The notes below the pieces were generated by a model. That model searched no databases and was not told the origin of the DNA. It was given only the letters and a program-made list of their open reading frames with translations. Source: an uncultured Chloroflexia bacterium (GTDB lineage: Bacteria; Chloroflexota; Anaerolineae; B4-G1; SLSP01). Taken from it: 64,000 nt of DNA. Numbering within the stretch: the first letter of the stretch is position 1; the number at the start of each line of letters is the position of its first letter. Shown piece by piece: positions 53,925 to 64,000 of the stretch. The DNA lies in contig CAVVUS010000010.1 in NCBI GenBank assembly GCA_963751345.1, positions 128,001 to 192,000 on the forward strand, given 5' to 3'. Both the position numbers and the translations under genes were made by a program.

Positions 53925-53944
53925 TAACACTTCGGCATCTCTGC

Positions 53945-54100
53945 CTTAAAAACCGATAAACTTTAATACTGCGAAATCCGCTGTGGACAGCAACTATTAT
54001 TATCAGTGCATGTGCCATATGACGGGCGAGGAGACACTAGATCCGGTGTCCGGGCTGTGAGTATCTCTGTGGATAACGCCGCATGATTTGTGTGGACAGC
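53945..54100. promoter_or_regulatory. DnaA-box cluster with AT-rich tract (candidate oriC or dnaA autoregulatory region)
   Basis: Perfect TGTGGATAA at 54068-54076 and TGTGGACAG at 53982 and 54091. AT-rich at 53946-53970 and 53992-54004. Confidence 0.6.
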
Positions 54101-54127
54101 GTATTTTGAGCTCCATTTGGCCACCGT

Positions 54128-54850
54128 CTAGTCCTGGGCCTTCGCAATCTGCCGGTAGTAGCAGCAGATATCCCTCAGGGGGCAGGCCTCGCACTGCGGA
54201 TTCCGTGCCCTGCAGAGCGTGCGTCCGTGCTCAATGAGGTTGAGATGGAAGACGTAATAGAGCTCCTCAGGCAGGAGCTCCTCCAGCAGGGTGTGCGCCT
54301 TCTCCCGGGACGTCTTTGGGGGAATCAGGCCAAGTCGCCGTGTGACACGGTGAACGTGGGTATCGACCGGGAACGCAGGGCGTCCCATAGCAAACAAGAG
54401 TACAATCGCTGCGGTCTTGGGCCCAACGCCGTCCAGGTCGAGGAGCCACGACCTGGCTTCCTCAAGGGGCATGTCGCGTAGGAAATCCAATGAAATCTTG
54501 CCCTGTGATTCAGTGATCTTCTGAAGGGCCTTCTGTATGCGGGGAGCCTTGGTAGGAGCCAGCCCCGCCGGTGTCACGGCTTCAGCGATCTGCGCTTCCG
54601 GCGCGTCTCGCACCTCTTCCCAGGATGGAAATCGCTCTCGGAGGCGCTGGTAGGCGATGTCCCGATTGTGGTCGTTTGTGTTTTGGCTGAGAATTGTGTT
54701 GACCAACGTCGCAACCGGATCGCTTTCGTCGCCGGCGTCCCTGCGTTTGTCACCGTAGGTCTTCACCAGCCGGCGATGCACTTCGAGCGCTTTCTCGGCC
54801 AGGCGTGCGCTATGCTCGGCTCCTCCCTGGGTTATCGTATCGACTCCCAC
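54128..54850 (-). CDS. nth: Endonuclease III, start approximate
   Basis: ILSQNT, LDGVGPKTA, FPVDTHV and the Fe-S loop CRARNPQCEACPLRDIC. Confidence 0.92.
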   Translation of the reverse strand: MGVDTITQGGAEHSARLAEKALEVHRRLVKTYGDKRRDAGDESDPVATLVNTILSQNTNDHNRDIAYQRLRERFPSWEEVRDAPEAQIAEAVTPAGLAPTKAPRIQKALQKITESQGKISLDFLRDMPLEEARSWLLDLDGVGPKTAAIVLLFAMGRPAFPVDTHVHRVTRRLGLIPPKTSREKAHTLLEELLPEELYYVFHLNLIEHGRTLCRARNPQCEACPLRDICCYYRQIAKAQD

Positions 54851-55275
54851 GCGCGCCGAGCGCGCTTGACCCACTCCCGCTCTGCCTCAAAGGTCAGATG
54901 CTCTTCCAGCTCGGACCACGGCACCCAGACCGTGAAGAACTGCTTCTCGTCGGCCGGTGGGCGCTTGGTGCGTTCCGGCGACTTTATGCGCATAAGGAAG
55001 TAGCGTTCGGTTCGATCGATTTCATTCTCGTCCAACAGGAAGGTGACCATCAGCTCGCCAAGGTCCGCAATCACCTCGAGGTCGCCATACCCGGTTTCCT
55101 CTTGCACTTCCCTCAGAGCGGCAGCCACAGGCTCTTCGTCGCGCTCGATATGTCCTTTGGGAAGCCGCACTTCATCGCGGCTTGGACGTATCAGCAGAAG
55201 GACTTGATCGCCTGATTCATCCAGGACTATACCGCCCGCAGACCTATACTTGACGCGTTCCTCTGAGTTACCCAT
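54832..55275 (-). CDS. NUDIX hydrolase
   Basis: PKGHIERDEEPVAAALREVQEETG Nudix box. Confidence 0.92.
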   Translation of the reverse strand: MGNSEERVKYRSAGGIVLDESGDQVLLLIRPSRDEVRLPKGHIERDEEPVAAALREVQEETGYGDLEVIADLGELMVTFLLDENEIDRTERYFLMRIKSPERTKRPPADEKQFFTVWVPWSELEEHLTFEAEREWVKRARRAWESIR

Positions 55276-55332
55276 GGGTTCGTATGCTCCTCAGTGCTTG
55301 CCGTGCGACGTTATCTCCGGATGACAACGCCC

Positions 55333-58300
55333 TTAAGTTCCCAACAACCTTCGATTCAGTTCCTGCACCCACGTCGTATATTGGTTGAGATCTTCCCGAA
55401 GCTGTGCCACGTCGGCCCCATAGTGCATACGACGCGCCAGGAAGGCAAAAGCCTCCGAGTCGACGGGGGGTACCGTCAGGTCCTTTGCATTGCCGCGGAC
55501 CATCCGTAGCCCATCGATCAGCCACCGCAGGAACGTGTGGGCCTTCCGGAGCTTGACGTAGTCTCGCTCTGATAGGAAACCGGCCTCGGCCAGAGCTTGC
55601 ATCACGTCACGAATATTCGTGCTCCGCAGCGCCGGGTCCCCGTGGCCATGCGTGATCTGCAGTCCCTGGACGAGATATTCCACGTCGACCAGGCCTCCGA
55701 GGCTATACTTCGCGTTGAACGTTCCGCCGGTGACGAGATGCCGGACTTGTCGTTCGCGCATCGCACGCATCGCCGTCACATCAAAGGCACTTCCATCGTA
55801 TACATATCGATCCCGCCAGGCTGCGATCTCTTCTCCCAGTTCAGGACTGCCGGCGATAGGTCTGAGCTTGACCAGTGCCTGGCGCTCATAGGCCCACGCG
55901 GGTCCATCCGGCGCGAAGTACCGCCGGAAGGCCTCCAAGGAGACGGCCATACTGCCGGCCTTGCCGTAAGGTCGAAGTTGCAGGTCAATCTCGAAGATGC
56001 CCGCCCTCTTCGCTTCGATAGCCTGAATGAAGATCTGGACGAGTTTCTCGTAGAATTCCGCTGTCGTGATGATGTGTGGCCCTGAGGTCTTGCCGTTGCC
56101 GGTGTAGATGAACATGAGCTCGATATCCGAGGCAAATCCAAGCTCGCGTCCGCCGCACTTGCCCAGGGCCACGACGGCCATGTCGCTGATCTCCCCGTTC
56201 TCCAGGTACGGGGTACCGTACTGCGTGCGCAGGTCCTCGTGGCAGAGGTGGTATGCCGAATTCACGATCACCTCGGCCAGTGCGGTCAGTTCCTCTGAGA
56301 AGTCCCAGAATTCCTGCGTATGGCCGAGAATGTGCCGCATGTCGATACGGAACATTTCACGGTCTTTGAAGGCATTCAGAGGCCTCTCGCCACGGGCCCT
56401 CCGAGGATGGAGCTTGAGGACCCTTGTGTACGACAGCCAAAGCCGCTTCCAGCTCGGCCTGAAGCCGCGTTCGCGTCTTCTTGGTGTCCAGCGCATCCAC
56501 GTCTCGCACAATGGGAAAGAGGTTGGAGTATTGCATCCGCAGAAAGTCGTCCCAGAGGAACTCGCTGACGCCCAGCAAATGTGCTAAGGCGTTCAGGACT
56601 TCGGGATTCTCAAGCGAAGCGAGTTCATCGGGCCAGTTGGGCTGGCGGAAGAGATGGTTGACGAACTCCCGGAAATGGAGCAGCGCAGTCTCGGGATCGG
56701 GCGTGTGGGGCAGCAAATGGGTGAAGTGTTTGATCAGCACTACTGCGGCGCGGAGCTCTCGCTGTCGATCGGGAGACACGATTTTGCGTCCATTGACATC
56801 GGTTACGAAGAGCGTGTCGTGGGCTCGATCGCCGAAGGACTCTACGCTGACCCGGCCGATGTAGGTGCGGCTGTAAGCCAGGGCGTTGGTGAGTTCGTAG
56901 AGGAACCCTACGGTGTCCGGGGCCGTGATGTGCAGGACGGTGTAGTGCAGGGAGGTCTCGTTATCGATCCGGATGTCCACCGGGTAGAGGGTCGGTTCGC
57001 TGTCGGCGGCGCCTGCGATGGCCGATGCGACGCGTTTGGCCAGGACCCCCCGTGCTTCCTGTCCCTGATCGCCGTGCGAGAGGCGAAGCAGACCCAGCAA
57101 ATCCTCTGCGTAGGCTCGCCACGTCCCGGCGGTGACTTCACCTCGAACTGCACGCACCGTGAAAGCGTCGACGATCTTGCGTCGTTCGCGCATCGCGGTT
57201 CGGACCGATGCCTGGTCCGCAGAGGGCTCATAGGTGAAGACCTGGCCCTCCTCGATTGATAGACCGTAGACAAACAGCAGCCCGCAAATCAGCGAGAGCT
57301 CGCCCGGATAGTCATATCCGACGAGCGTCACTCGCCACCGCTCGTCGTCGAGCATGGCCGCCTCGACCTCGATGAGATTCTCAGGGTCGAGACGCGCCGC
57401 CAGAAGGGCGTGTCGCTGGATTTCCTGCGGTGCGAAGACTTCCGTGTACGAAGCATCCATCCGGGCGATATGGGCGGTGCTTGGGTCCGCCATCGCCGGC
57501 TCCGAAAACAACGCGTTCATAGGCTGTTCTCCCAGGAATCTTAGGTAGACGGCCCGGATTGCTGATCGATGTTGTTCGTATCGCGCTGTAAACTGCTCGC
57601 CCGCGGCGTCTCCTTCGAACCCGAGCCGGTAGGCCAATCGGCCCAGGGCGCGCGGGTCGTCAGGCAGCTTGTGGGTCTGCCGGTAGTGCATCATCTGCAG
57701 ATAATGCTCAATCGTGCGGAGGAAGACGTAGCCCTCGGTCAAGGTACGGGCGTCGCGTCGCGAGAGGTATCCGTTGGTCGAGAGCCGGTTCAAGGCGTCC
57801 AGCGTGTTATGACTGCGGATAGCAGGATCTGCGGCGCCGTGCGCCAACTGCAGATACTGTGTGACGAACTCCACATCCCTGATTGAGCCCTCGCCCAGCT
57901 TGACCTCGCCCCATTCATGCCCCTGTTGTCGCAAATAGCTCTCGGTCAAGCGTTTCATCGTGCTCACACTCTTCCGCGCATCGCTCTCCGTGACGCCGAA
58001 GATGATGGGGGCGGTCTGTTCCAGGAAGGCCTCCCCAATGCGCCGATCTCCTGCCACGACACGCCCCTTGAGCAGGGCCTGTTTCTCCCATACGCGCGCG
58101 TGGTTTTCGAGATAGGCCATATAACCCCGTGTGGATGTCACCAGGGGCCCGGACCTTCCCCACGGGCGCAGACGCATGTCCACTCGATAGAGAAAACCCT
58201 CTCCGGTAACCTTGGTCAGACCTTCGATCAGGCGCTCGCCCAGGCGAGTGTAGACGTCCAGACTGCTCTCAGCCAGGAACAGCAGATCGATGTCCGAGCT

Positions 58301-59012
58301 GTAATTCAGCTCGTGTCCCCCGAGTTTTCCCAGAGCCAGCACCACGAAGCCAGGAGTATCCTCTGCAACGAGCTCTAGCTCGATCGGCTGCCATGCTCAG
58401 GCATGCCTGGACCAAGCTGTCGGCCAGGTTGGAGAGTTGGGCGGTGACGACGGGGAGATCGAAGAGGTCCAGCAAGTCGCACGTGCCGATGCGCAGAAAC
58501 TCCCATCGCTGGAAACGGCGGAGGGCGTCGAGGTGATCCGTCTCGCAGAGAGCCTCGCTGTCGACGAAAGCCTCCTCGCAGAACTGCTCGACTGTCTTTG
58601 CGCGCGCGAGGTTGTGGTGTTCCACGAGAAGGCTTGCGTACTCGGGATTGCGTAACAAGATCTCCGTCAGGAACTGGCTGCCGGAAAAGAGCCTTACGAG
58701 AATCTCGGTTGCGCGCAGATTGCGCGAAAGCCATACCAATTCCTTCCCCATCGATGGCGCGCTCTGGAGAAATCGCTCCAGGTTGACCAGGACCCTGTCA
58801 GGGTTGCCGGTCTCCGAGAGCATCGTCAGGAGATAAGGCATGAGGTCGGCAAAGGCACGTGTGGCCCCGGATCTCTCCGATATCCGTTTCAGGCGACGAT
58901 AGGTCACTTCCCAATCCGCAAAGCCGGCGGGGAGTAACCACTGCCGTATCCGCTCGGCGGTCGGCTGGTCATACAGGAGTTCGCGCGACTCCTGGAATAG
59001 ATTCGCGTCCAT
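55333..59012 (-). CDS. glnE: Glutamine synthetase adenylyltransferase with central ACT-like domains, frameshifts near 58385 and 56382
   Basis: Two NT domains (LGKLGGHELNYSSDIDL and LGKCGGRELGFASDIEL) with DMRLRPWG and DLQLRPYG. Divergent from glnA. Confidence 0.88.
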
Positions 59013-59020
59013 GGGGACCC

Positions 59021-59049
59021 ATTATAGGAAGCGGCCAACCGGTTGTCAA
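59021..59049 (-). promoter_or_regulatory. Consensus sigma70 promoter for glnE
   Basis: TTGACA-17-TATAAT, ending 8 nt before the ATG. Confidence 0.8.
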
Positions 59050-59197
59050 CGCCTCAAGGCGCCGCCTCATTCCCTTTCCATCGAATATGGCCCATTTGGG
59101 TAATAGACAGGTACCTCGGTCTCGTCTACCATGACTTCTGTAATATCGCTGGCCGTTGAGTTCGCATCGACGAACTATAGACTAAAGGAGATACGCA

Positions 59198-60607
59198 ATG
59201 TTAGAGACTGTTGCCGACGTACTGAAGATGGGCAAGGATGTGGAGATGGTCGACCTCCGCTTCACCGATCTTCTTGGCATGTGGCATCACTTCACGCTTC
59301 CGGCTCGAGAGCTGTCCGAGGAGCTCTTCACGGAGGGGATTGGCTTTGACGGGTCCTCCATCCGAGCTTTCCAGGAGATCCACGAGTCAGACATGATCTT
59401 GATCCCGGATGCATCGACGGCTTTCATGGATCAGATCTTCGAAGTTCCTACGCTTATCATCATCTGCGATATCTACGATCCTGTGACGCTGCAGCCCTAT
59501 ACGCGTGATGCGCGGTATGTTGCCAAGAAGGCGGAAGCGTATCTCAAGCAGACGGGTATCGCCGAAATCAGCTATTGGGGACCCGAGGCTGAGTTCTTCC
59601 TGTTCGATAGCGTCCGATACGGCGGGGGGACCAATAGCGCCTTCCACTACATTGACAGTGCCGAGGCCTGGTGGAACAGCGGCAATGAAGGCGGCAAGGG
59701 TGGGCAGATCGGCCCGAAGCGGGGCTATTTCCCTGTGCCTCCCGCGGACAGCAAGCAGGATGTCCGCAGCAAGATCGTGATGGCCCTGGAGGCCACCGGG
59801 GTGCCGGTGGAGGTCCACCACCACGAGGTCGCGACAGCGGGACAGTCAGAGATAGATTTGCATTACGCCCCATTGGTACGAATGGGAGATAGTATCCAGA
59901 TCTACAAATACCTGGTGAAGAGTGTCGCGCGCCAGAACGGGCTGACGGCTACTTTCATGCCCAAGCCCCTGTTCGAGGACAACGGCAGCGGCATGCACGT
60001 CCACCAGAGCCTGTGGCGCGGAGAGGAGAACGTCTTCTTCGACGAGGCGGGTTACGCTCAGTTGTCAGATACTGCAAAGTACTACATTGGCGGATTGCTG
60101 GCTCACGCTCCGGCTTTGCTGGCCATCGTGGCGCCCACGACCAACTCCTATCGTCGCCTGGTGCCCGGCTTTGAGGCACCCGTGAATCTGGCCTACTCGC
60201 AGCGCAACCGGTCGGCCGTGTGCCGCATCCCGATGTACTCGAAGAGCCCGAAGGCGAAGCGTGTCGAGTTCCGTGCACCCGACCCCTCCTGCAATCCGTA
60301 TCTCTGCTTCGCAGCGCTGCTGATGGCCGGTCTGGATGGTGTCCAGAACCAGATCGATCCCGGTGAGCCGATGGACAAGGATCTCTACGATCTTCCGGCA
60401 GAGGAAGCCGCCAAGGTCAAGCAGGTCCCGGGCTCGCTCTCTGCAGTCCTGGCAGCCCTCGAGGACGATCACGATTTCTTGCTCCAGGGGGACGTGTTCA
60501 CGCCGGACCTGCTGGAGGCCTACATCAAGTACAAGAAGACAGCGGAGGTCGATCCCATTCGGATGCGCCCGCATCCCTATGAGTTCACACTCTACTACGA
60601 TATCTAG
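59198..60607 (+). CDS. glnA: Glutamine synthetase type I
   Basis: FDGSSI, HHHEVA, TFMPKP, NGSGMHVHQS and the adenylylation-site Tyr in DKDLYDLP. Confidence 0.98.
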   Translation: MLETVADVLKMGKDVEMVDLRFTDLLGMWHHFTLPARELSEELFTEGIGFDGSSIRAFQEIHESDMILIPDASTAFMDQIFEVPTLIIICDIYDPVTLQPYTRDARYVAKKAEAYLKQTGIAEISYWGPEAEFFLFDSVRYGGGTNSAFHYIDSAEAWWNSGNEGGKGGQIGPKRGYFPVPPADSKQDVRSKIVMALEATGVPVEVHHHEVATAGQSEIDLHYAPLVRMGDSIQIYKYLVKSVARQNGLTATFMPKPLFEDNGSGMHVHQSLWRGEENVFFDEAGYAQLSDTAKYYIGGLLAHAPALLAIVAPTTNSYRRLVPGFEAPVNLAYSQRNRSAVCRIPMYSKSPKAKRVEFRAPDPSCNPYLCFAALLMAGLDGVQNQIDPGEPMDKDLYDLPAEEAAKVKQVPGSLSAVLAALEDDHDFLLQGDVFTPDLLEAYIKYKKTAEVDPIRMRPHPYEFTLYYDI

Positions 60608-60630
60608 GCTCGACAGGTAGGTCTGCGAGC

Positions 60631-60661
60631 GGCAGTCCGCCGGCATATCCGGCGGACTGCC
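60631..60661 (+). terminator. GC-rich hairpin after glnA (no U-tract)
   Basis: GGCAGTCCGCCGG-CATAT-CCGGCGGACTGCC. Confidence 0.55.
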
Positions 60662-60867
60662 GGATACGCCGGCGGGGAGCGTAGCTTATCTCGCTGTCCC
60701 GGTCCTGGGCGGGTCTTGCCAAGACGACCATCCGATGCTGGCCTTTTGGGGGAAAGGGTGGAGGAGGAGAAGTGCTCGATAGCAACGGTCGGTCTTGGCA
60801 GACCCGCCTAGGTGTTTCTCTGGGATCATGATTGTTTTGCATCATGATCCTGTTAGAATCTCGCTAG

Positions 60868-63141
60868 ATGTCGAGCTTCACAGATTCAGACCTGGTCCAA
60901 GGCGATCCCCGAATCCTTGAGGCGCTGTCCAGTCTCAACCGGATCGGTGTTGCCATCAACCGCCTCACGCCACGGGCTAACATCAGCGTTGACGTAGCCA
61001 GCGTGGGGGCCACGCTGCGTCTGATCGCGGAGAGCGTCGTCAAGGTGATGGACGATGCGGTTGCCGTGATCTACACCTACGACGCCGCGAAACAGGAGTT
61101 TGATCTCTCCTCTGAGGTCTCGGCGGGGGAATCCGGCAGCGGCGACCTCTACGATCCTCCACGTCCCAATGGCATCGGGATGCGCGCCATTCGGCAACGC
61201 CGGCGCGTTCTTTCCTACGAAGAGCCCGATCTGGCAATCCATCCGCGAGCTGAGAAGGCCGGTGCCGGGACGGTAGCCTGTTTCCCACTCGTCGTTGCCG
61301 ATCAACCCGTCGGAGCCCTCTACGTCTACCTGCGCCGGCGAGAGCCGTTCGCCGAATTCGAATTGCTGATCATTGAGAGCATGGTCAACCATGCAGCGAT
61401 GGCGATTTACCAGGCGCGCCGTGTGTCAGATATCCAACGTGACCTTGCGCGCAGTGAGGAAGCAGTGGATCGGCTGTGGCGTGCGGGCATGCTGATCTCA
61501 TCCCGATTGGGCCTCGACGAGACGCTTGAGGCGATCCTCCAGATGGCGCTCGGGGTCACGGGAGCGCATCACGGGATCTTCCGCTTGGTGAACGATGTGG
61601 GGACGCATCTGGTGACCCGGGCTATTGCAGGTGCGCCCGGTCGCCCCCAGATGGGTGACCTGCTCGTCGATGGTTCCAGCATTATGGGATGGGTCGCAGC
61701 GCATCGTCAGCCGCTTTGTATTCACGATCTGGAAGCCGCACCGTGGGTGCGGCTTTACCATCCTCTGGATGCCGACTTGCGGATGCGCTCCGAGTTGGCG
61801 GTTCCACTTGTGGGGGCCAGCGGTCGGCTGGAGGGTGTGCTCAATCTGGAAAGCCCTCAAATCGGTGCGTTTGGTGACCAGGATCGTCATCTACTGCAGT
61901 CATTGGCCACGCAGGCGGTGATCGCCATCCAGGAAGCTCGGCTGTTGGATGCGCTGCTCGGCGTGGCGCGATTGCTGCTCCTGGAACCGACCCACCGTGT
62001 ACTGGACCATCTGGTGATGCAGTCCTCCGATCTGTTGAGCGCGTCGACAAGCGCTATCTGGACCCTGGAGGGCCAGGAATTGGCTCTACAGGCTACCACC
62101 GAGGGGCTGCAGCGCGGCGACCGGCTTCCGCTCGAGGGCAGCCTCACGGGGCTGGCCGTGCTCAACCGTGCCCCGGTGGTCTCGGAGGACGTGCGTCAGG
62201 ATGCACGCTTCTACCGGGCGGATCTGGCGCGCAGCCAGTCGTGGACCCGGGCGCTCATCGTGCCATTGCTGTCCAGCGAGGATGGCGAGGCCATCGGCGC
62301 ATTCAGTGTCTACGGCGTCCAGGGCGACCCGGGGCTCTTTACCGAGTCGGAATGGGATCAGAAGGTGCTGACCTGTCTGGCGTACTATGCGACCCTGGCG
62401 TTGCAGAATGCCGACCACCAGCGGGCGCTGCGCATAGCGCAGGAGCGTCACGCGGTGGCGGAGACATTCGCCGCCGTCGGCGATGTGGCTGCCAATGTGC
62501 TGCATCACCTCAACAACAAGGTCGGCACGATACCGGTCAGGGTCCAGGGCATCCAGGACAAGTGCAAGCCCTCGTTGGCGGCAGATGAGTATCTTGCTTC
62601 AAACCTCACGGAGATTGAGCGGAGCGCCAGGGAGGCCATGGATGCCGTCCGCGACAGTCTCGTCTACCTGCGTCCTATCAACCCGGCCCCGGTCACGGTG
62701 GCCGGGTGTGTAAGTGCAGCTCTGGATGATGCTCATCTCTCACCCTCTGTTCACGTCCGTACGGAGGGGTTGGAAGCGCTTCCCCAGGTTGTTGCCAGCC
62801 AACGCAGTCTCGTCTTCGTTTTCACGAATCTGTTGGAAAATGCGGCCGCCGCGATGGAGGGTGCGGGCCAGATCGTCATTCGCGGAGAGGCGGTCGGGCC
62901 ATGGGTCGAGGTGGCGGTCATCGACGATGGCCCGGGGATTCCGGCCGCGCTTCACGAGCGCATCTTCGAATTCAGCCTTCCCAACCATACATCGCGACGC
63001 AACGGTAGTCTGGGGTTTGGCCTATGGTGGGTCAAGACGCTGCTTATGCGGTTAGGGGGTGGGGTGACGGTAGAGAGTGATGGCGCGCACGGAACACAGT
63101 TCCAGCTTCGGTTGCCACGCGTCGGAGCAGACGATGCCTAA
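60868..63141 (+). CDS. Multi-GAF sensor histidine kinase
   Basis: Three GAF-like segments, HHLNN H-box, NLLENA, DDGPGI and GFGLW. Confidence 0.9.
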   Translation: MSSFTDSDLVQGDPRILEALSSLNRIGVAINRLTPRANISVDVASVGATLRLIAESVVKVMDDAVAVIYTYDAAKQEFDLSSEVSAGESGSGDLYDPPRPNGIGMRAIRQRRRVLSYEEPDLAIHPRAEKAGAGTVACFPLVVADQPVGALYVYLRRREPFAEFELLIIESMVNHAAMAIYQARRVSDIQRDLARSEEAVDRLWRAGMLISSRLGLDETLEAILQMALGVTGAHHGIFRLVNDVGTHLVTRAIAGAPGRPQMGDLLVDGSSIMGWVAAHRQPLCIHDLEAAPWVRLYHPLDADLRMRSELAVPLVGASGRLEGVLNLESPQIGAFGDQDRHLLQSLATQAVIAIQEARLLDALLGVARLLLLEPTHRVLDHLVMQSSDLLSASTSAIWTLEGQELALQATTEGLQRGDRLPLEGSLTGLAVLNRAPVVSEDVRQDARFYRADLARSQSWTRALIVPLLSSEDGEAIGAFSVYGVQGDPGLFTESEWDQKVLTCLAYYATLALQNADHQRALRIAQERHAVAETFAAVGDVAANVLHHLNNKVGTIPVRVQGIQDKCKPSLAADEYLASNLTEIERSAREAMDAVRDSLVYLRPINPAPVTVAGCVSAALDDAHLSPSVHVRTEGLEALPQVVASQRSLVFVFTNLLENAAAAMEGAGQIVIRGEAVGPWVEVAVIDDGPGIPAALHERIFEFSLPNHTSRRNGSLGFGLWWVKTLLMRLGGGVTVESDGAHGTQFQLRLPRVGADDA

Positions 63142-64000
63142 GAGCCGGATACCAAGGGCGCTGGTCGTCGAGGATGAGCCTGCGTGGCAGCAGATTGTAA
63201 GCGAGATCCTTCAGGATTGCGGCCTTGAGGTTGACGTTGCCGGGAATCTTGAGGAGGCGGTCTTCCTTCTGCGTCAGGCTCCCCATCGCCTGGCGGTTGT
63301 CGATCTGTCTCTGGGCGACGAGATGGCTGCGAATCAGGATGGGCTGCGGGTTCTGGAGTCCGTCGAGCTTCAAGATCCCGGCTGCACGACACTCCTGCTC
63401 ACGGGCTATGCCACGGTTGAGCTGGCGGTGAGCGTCCTGACCGACTATGGCGCGATGAGTTGCTTACAGAAGGCCACCTTCGATCGCGCCGAGTTTCGAG
63501 CGTTGGTCCGGCGTGCGCTGTCGGTCCCACCGGTCTACGAGGAGACACAGGAACGCGCTGCTCCTCGGTCAGCCCTGCCCCGACGTTCCGGGTCCGATCA
63601 CGACGTTCCGTCGGCATCGACTGCGGTCCTGGTCGTCGAAGATGACGCGGGCTGGCGCGGTATCCTTGCGGAGCTGCTCTCAGAGGCGGGGTACCATGTC
63701 CGGCTGTGCAATAGCTATGGTGAGGCTGTCGGGTGTTTGCGCCGCGAACCCTACGCATTGGCCATCGTGGATCTCTCCCTCACCGATGCGCCTCGCCCCG
63801 ATGCGGATGATTCACAGGACCTCGGGGGCTACCAGCTTCTGGCCCTGGCGGGCGAAGAGGGCGTTGCGACGATCGTAGTCAGTGGCGTAGCCAATCTGAG
63901 TGACATCGAACGTGCATACAATGAGTTCGGTGTCTATTCGTACCTGGAGAAACAATCGTTCGACCGACGCGCCTTTCTGCAGACCGTGGCAGAAGCTCGA
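63134..64000 (+). CDS. Response regulator with two tandem receiver domains (runs off the window end)
   Basis: Manual translation gives MPKSRIPRALVVEDEP...AVVDLSL...LQK, then VLVVEDDAGW...AIVDLSL...LEK. Confidence 0.85.
   Translation, partial: MPKSRIPRALVVEDEPAWQQIVSEILQDCGLEVDVAGNLEEAVFLLRQAPHRLAVVDLSLGDEMAANQDGLRVLESVELQDPGCTTLLLTGYATVELAVSVLTDYGAMSCLQKATFDRAEFRALVRRALSVPPVYEETQERAAPRSALPRRSGSDHDVPSASTAVLVVEDDAGWRGILAELLSEAGYHVRLCNSYGEAVGCLRREPYALAIVDLSLTDAPRPDADDSQDLGGYQLLALAGEEGVATIVVSGVANLSDIERAYNEFGVYSYLEKQSFDRRAFLQTVAEAR

Noticed and set aside
59088-59104. sigma54 promoter upstream of glnA (TGGCCC...)
   Set aside because: It lacks the TTGC -12 element at the required spacing.

Overview
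GC-rich bacterial chromosomal window, most likely Chloroflexota (Anaerolineae-like). This assignment is inferred from Pro/Thr-rich lipoproteins, the GT39 membrane glycosyltransferase C-terminal domain and RpoB insertions. Positions 1-15.7 kb are accessory: an orphan RHH antitoxin, a frameshifted HhH-GPD glycosylase, a ferredoxin / FAD-oxidoreductase / cytochrome-b-like / 18-heme cytochrome c operon, an MNT-HEPN toxin-antitoxin pair, an MFS transporter, GT39 and REP-like palindromes. Positions 15.8-40.5 kb hold rpoB (not followed by rpoC) and the str-S10-spc-alpha-truA-rplM-rpsI cluster. Positions 40.6-64 kb hold mazG, trxA, two LysM-M23 peptidases, an HD protein, lysS, greA, a two-component pair, lactate permease, dnaA with upstream DnaA boxes, nth, NUDIX, glnE/glnA and a second two-component pair. 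The most notable signals are: (i) a non-canonical translation set, with an EF-G that has lost both domain IV tip motifs, an EF-Tu with a rewritten switch I and an L22 tunnel-loop insertion; (ii) the multiheme electron-transfer module; (iii) a 90-bp REP doublet inserted in frame in a membrane protein gene; (iv) candidate leader RNAs at greA and dnaA. About 13 single-base frameshifts, including in the essential genes rpoB and lysS, most likely reflect long-read indel errors.
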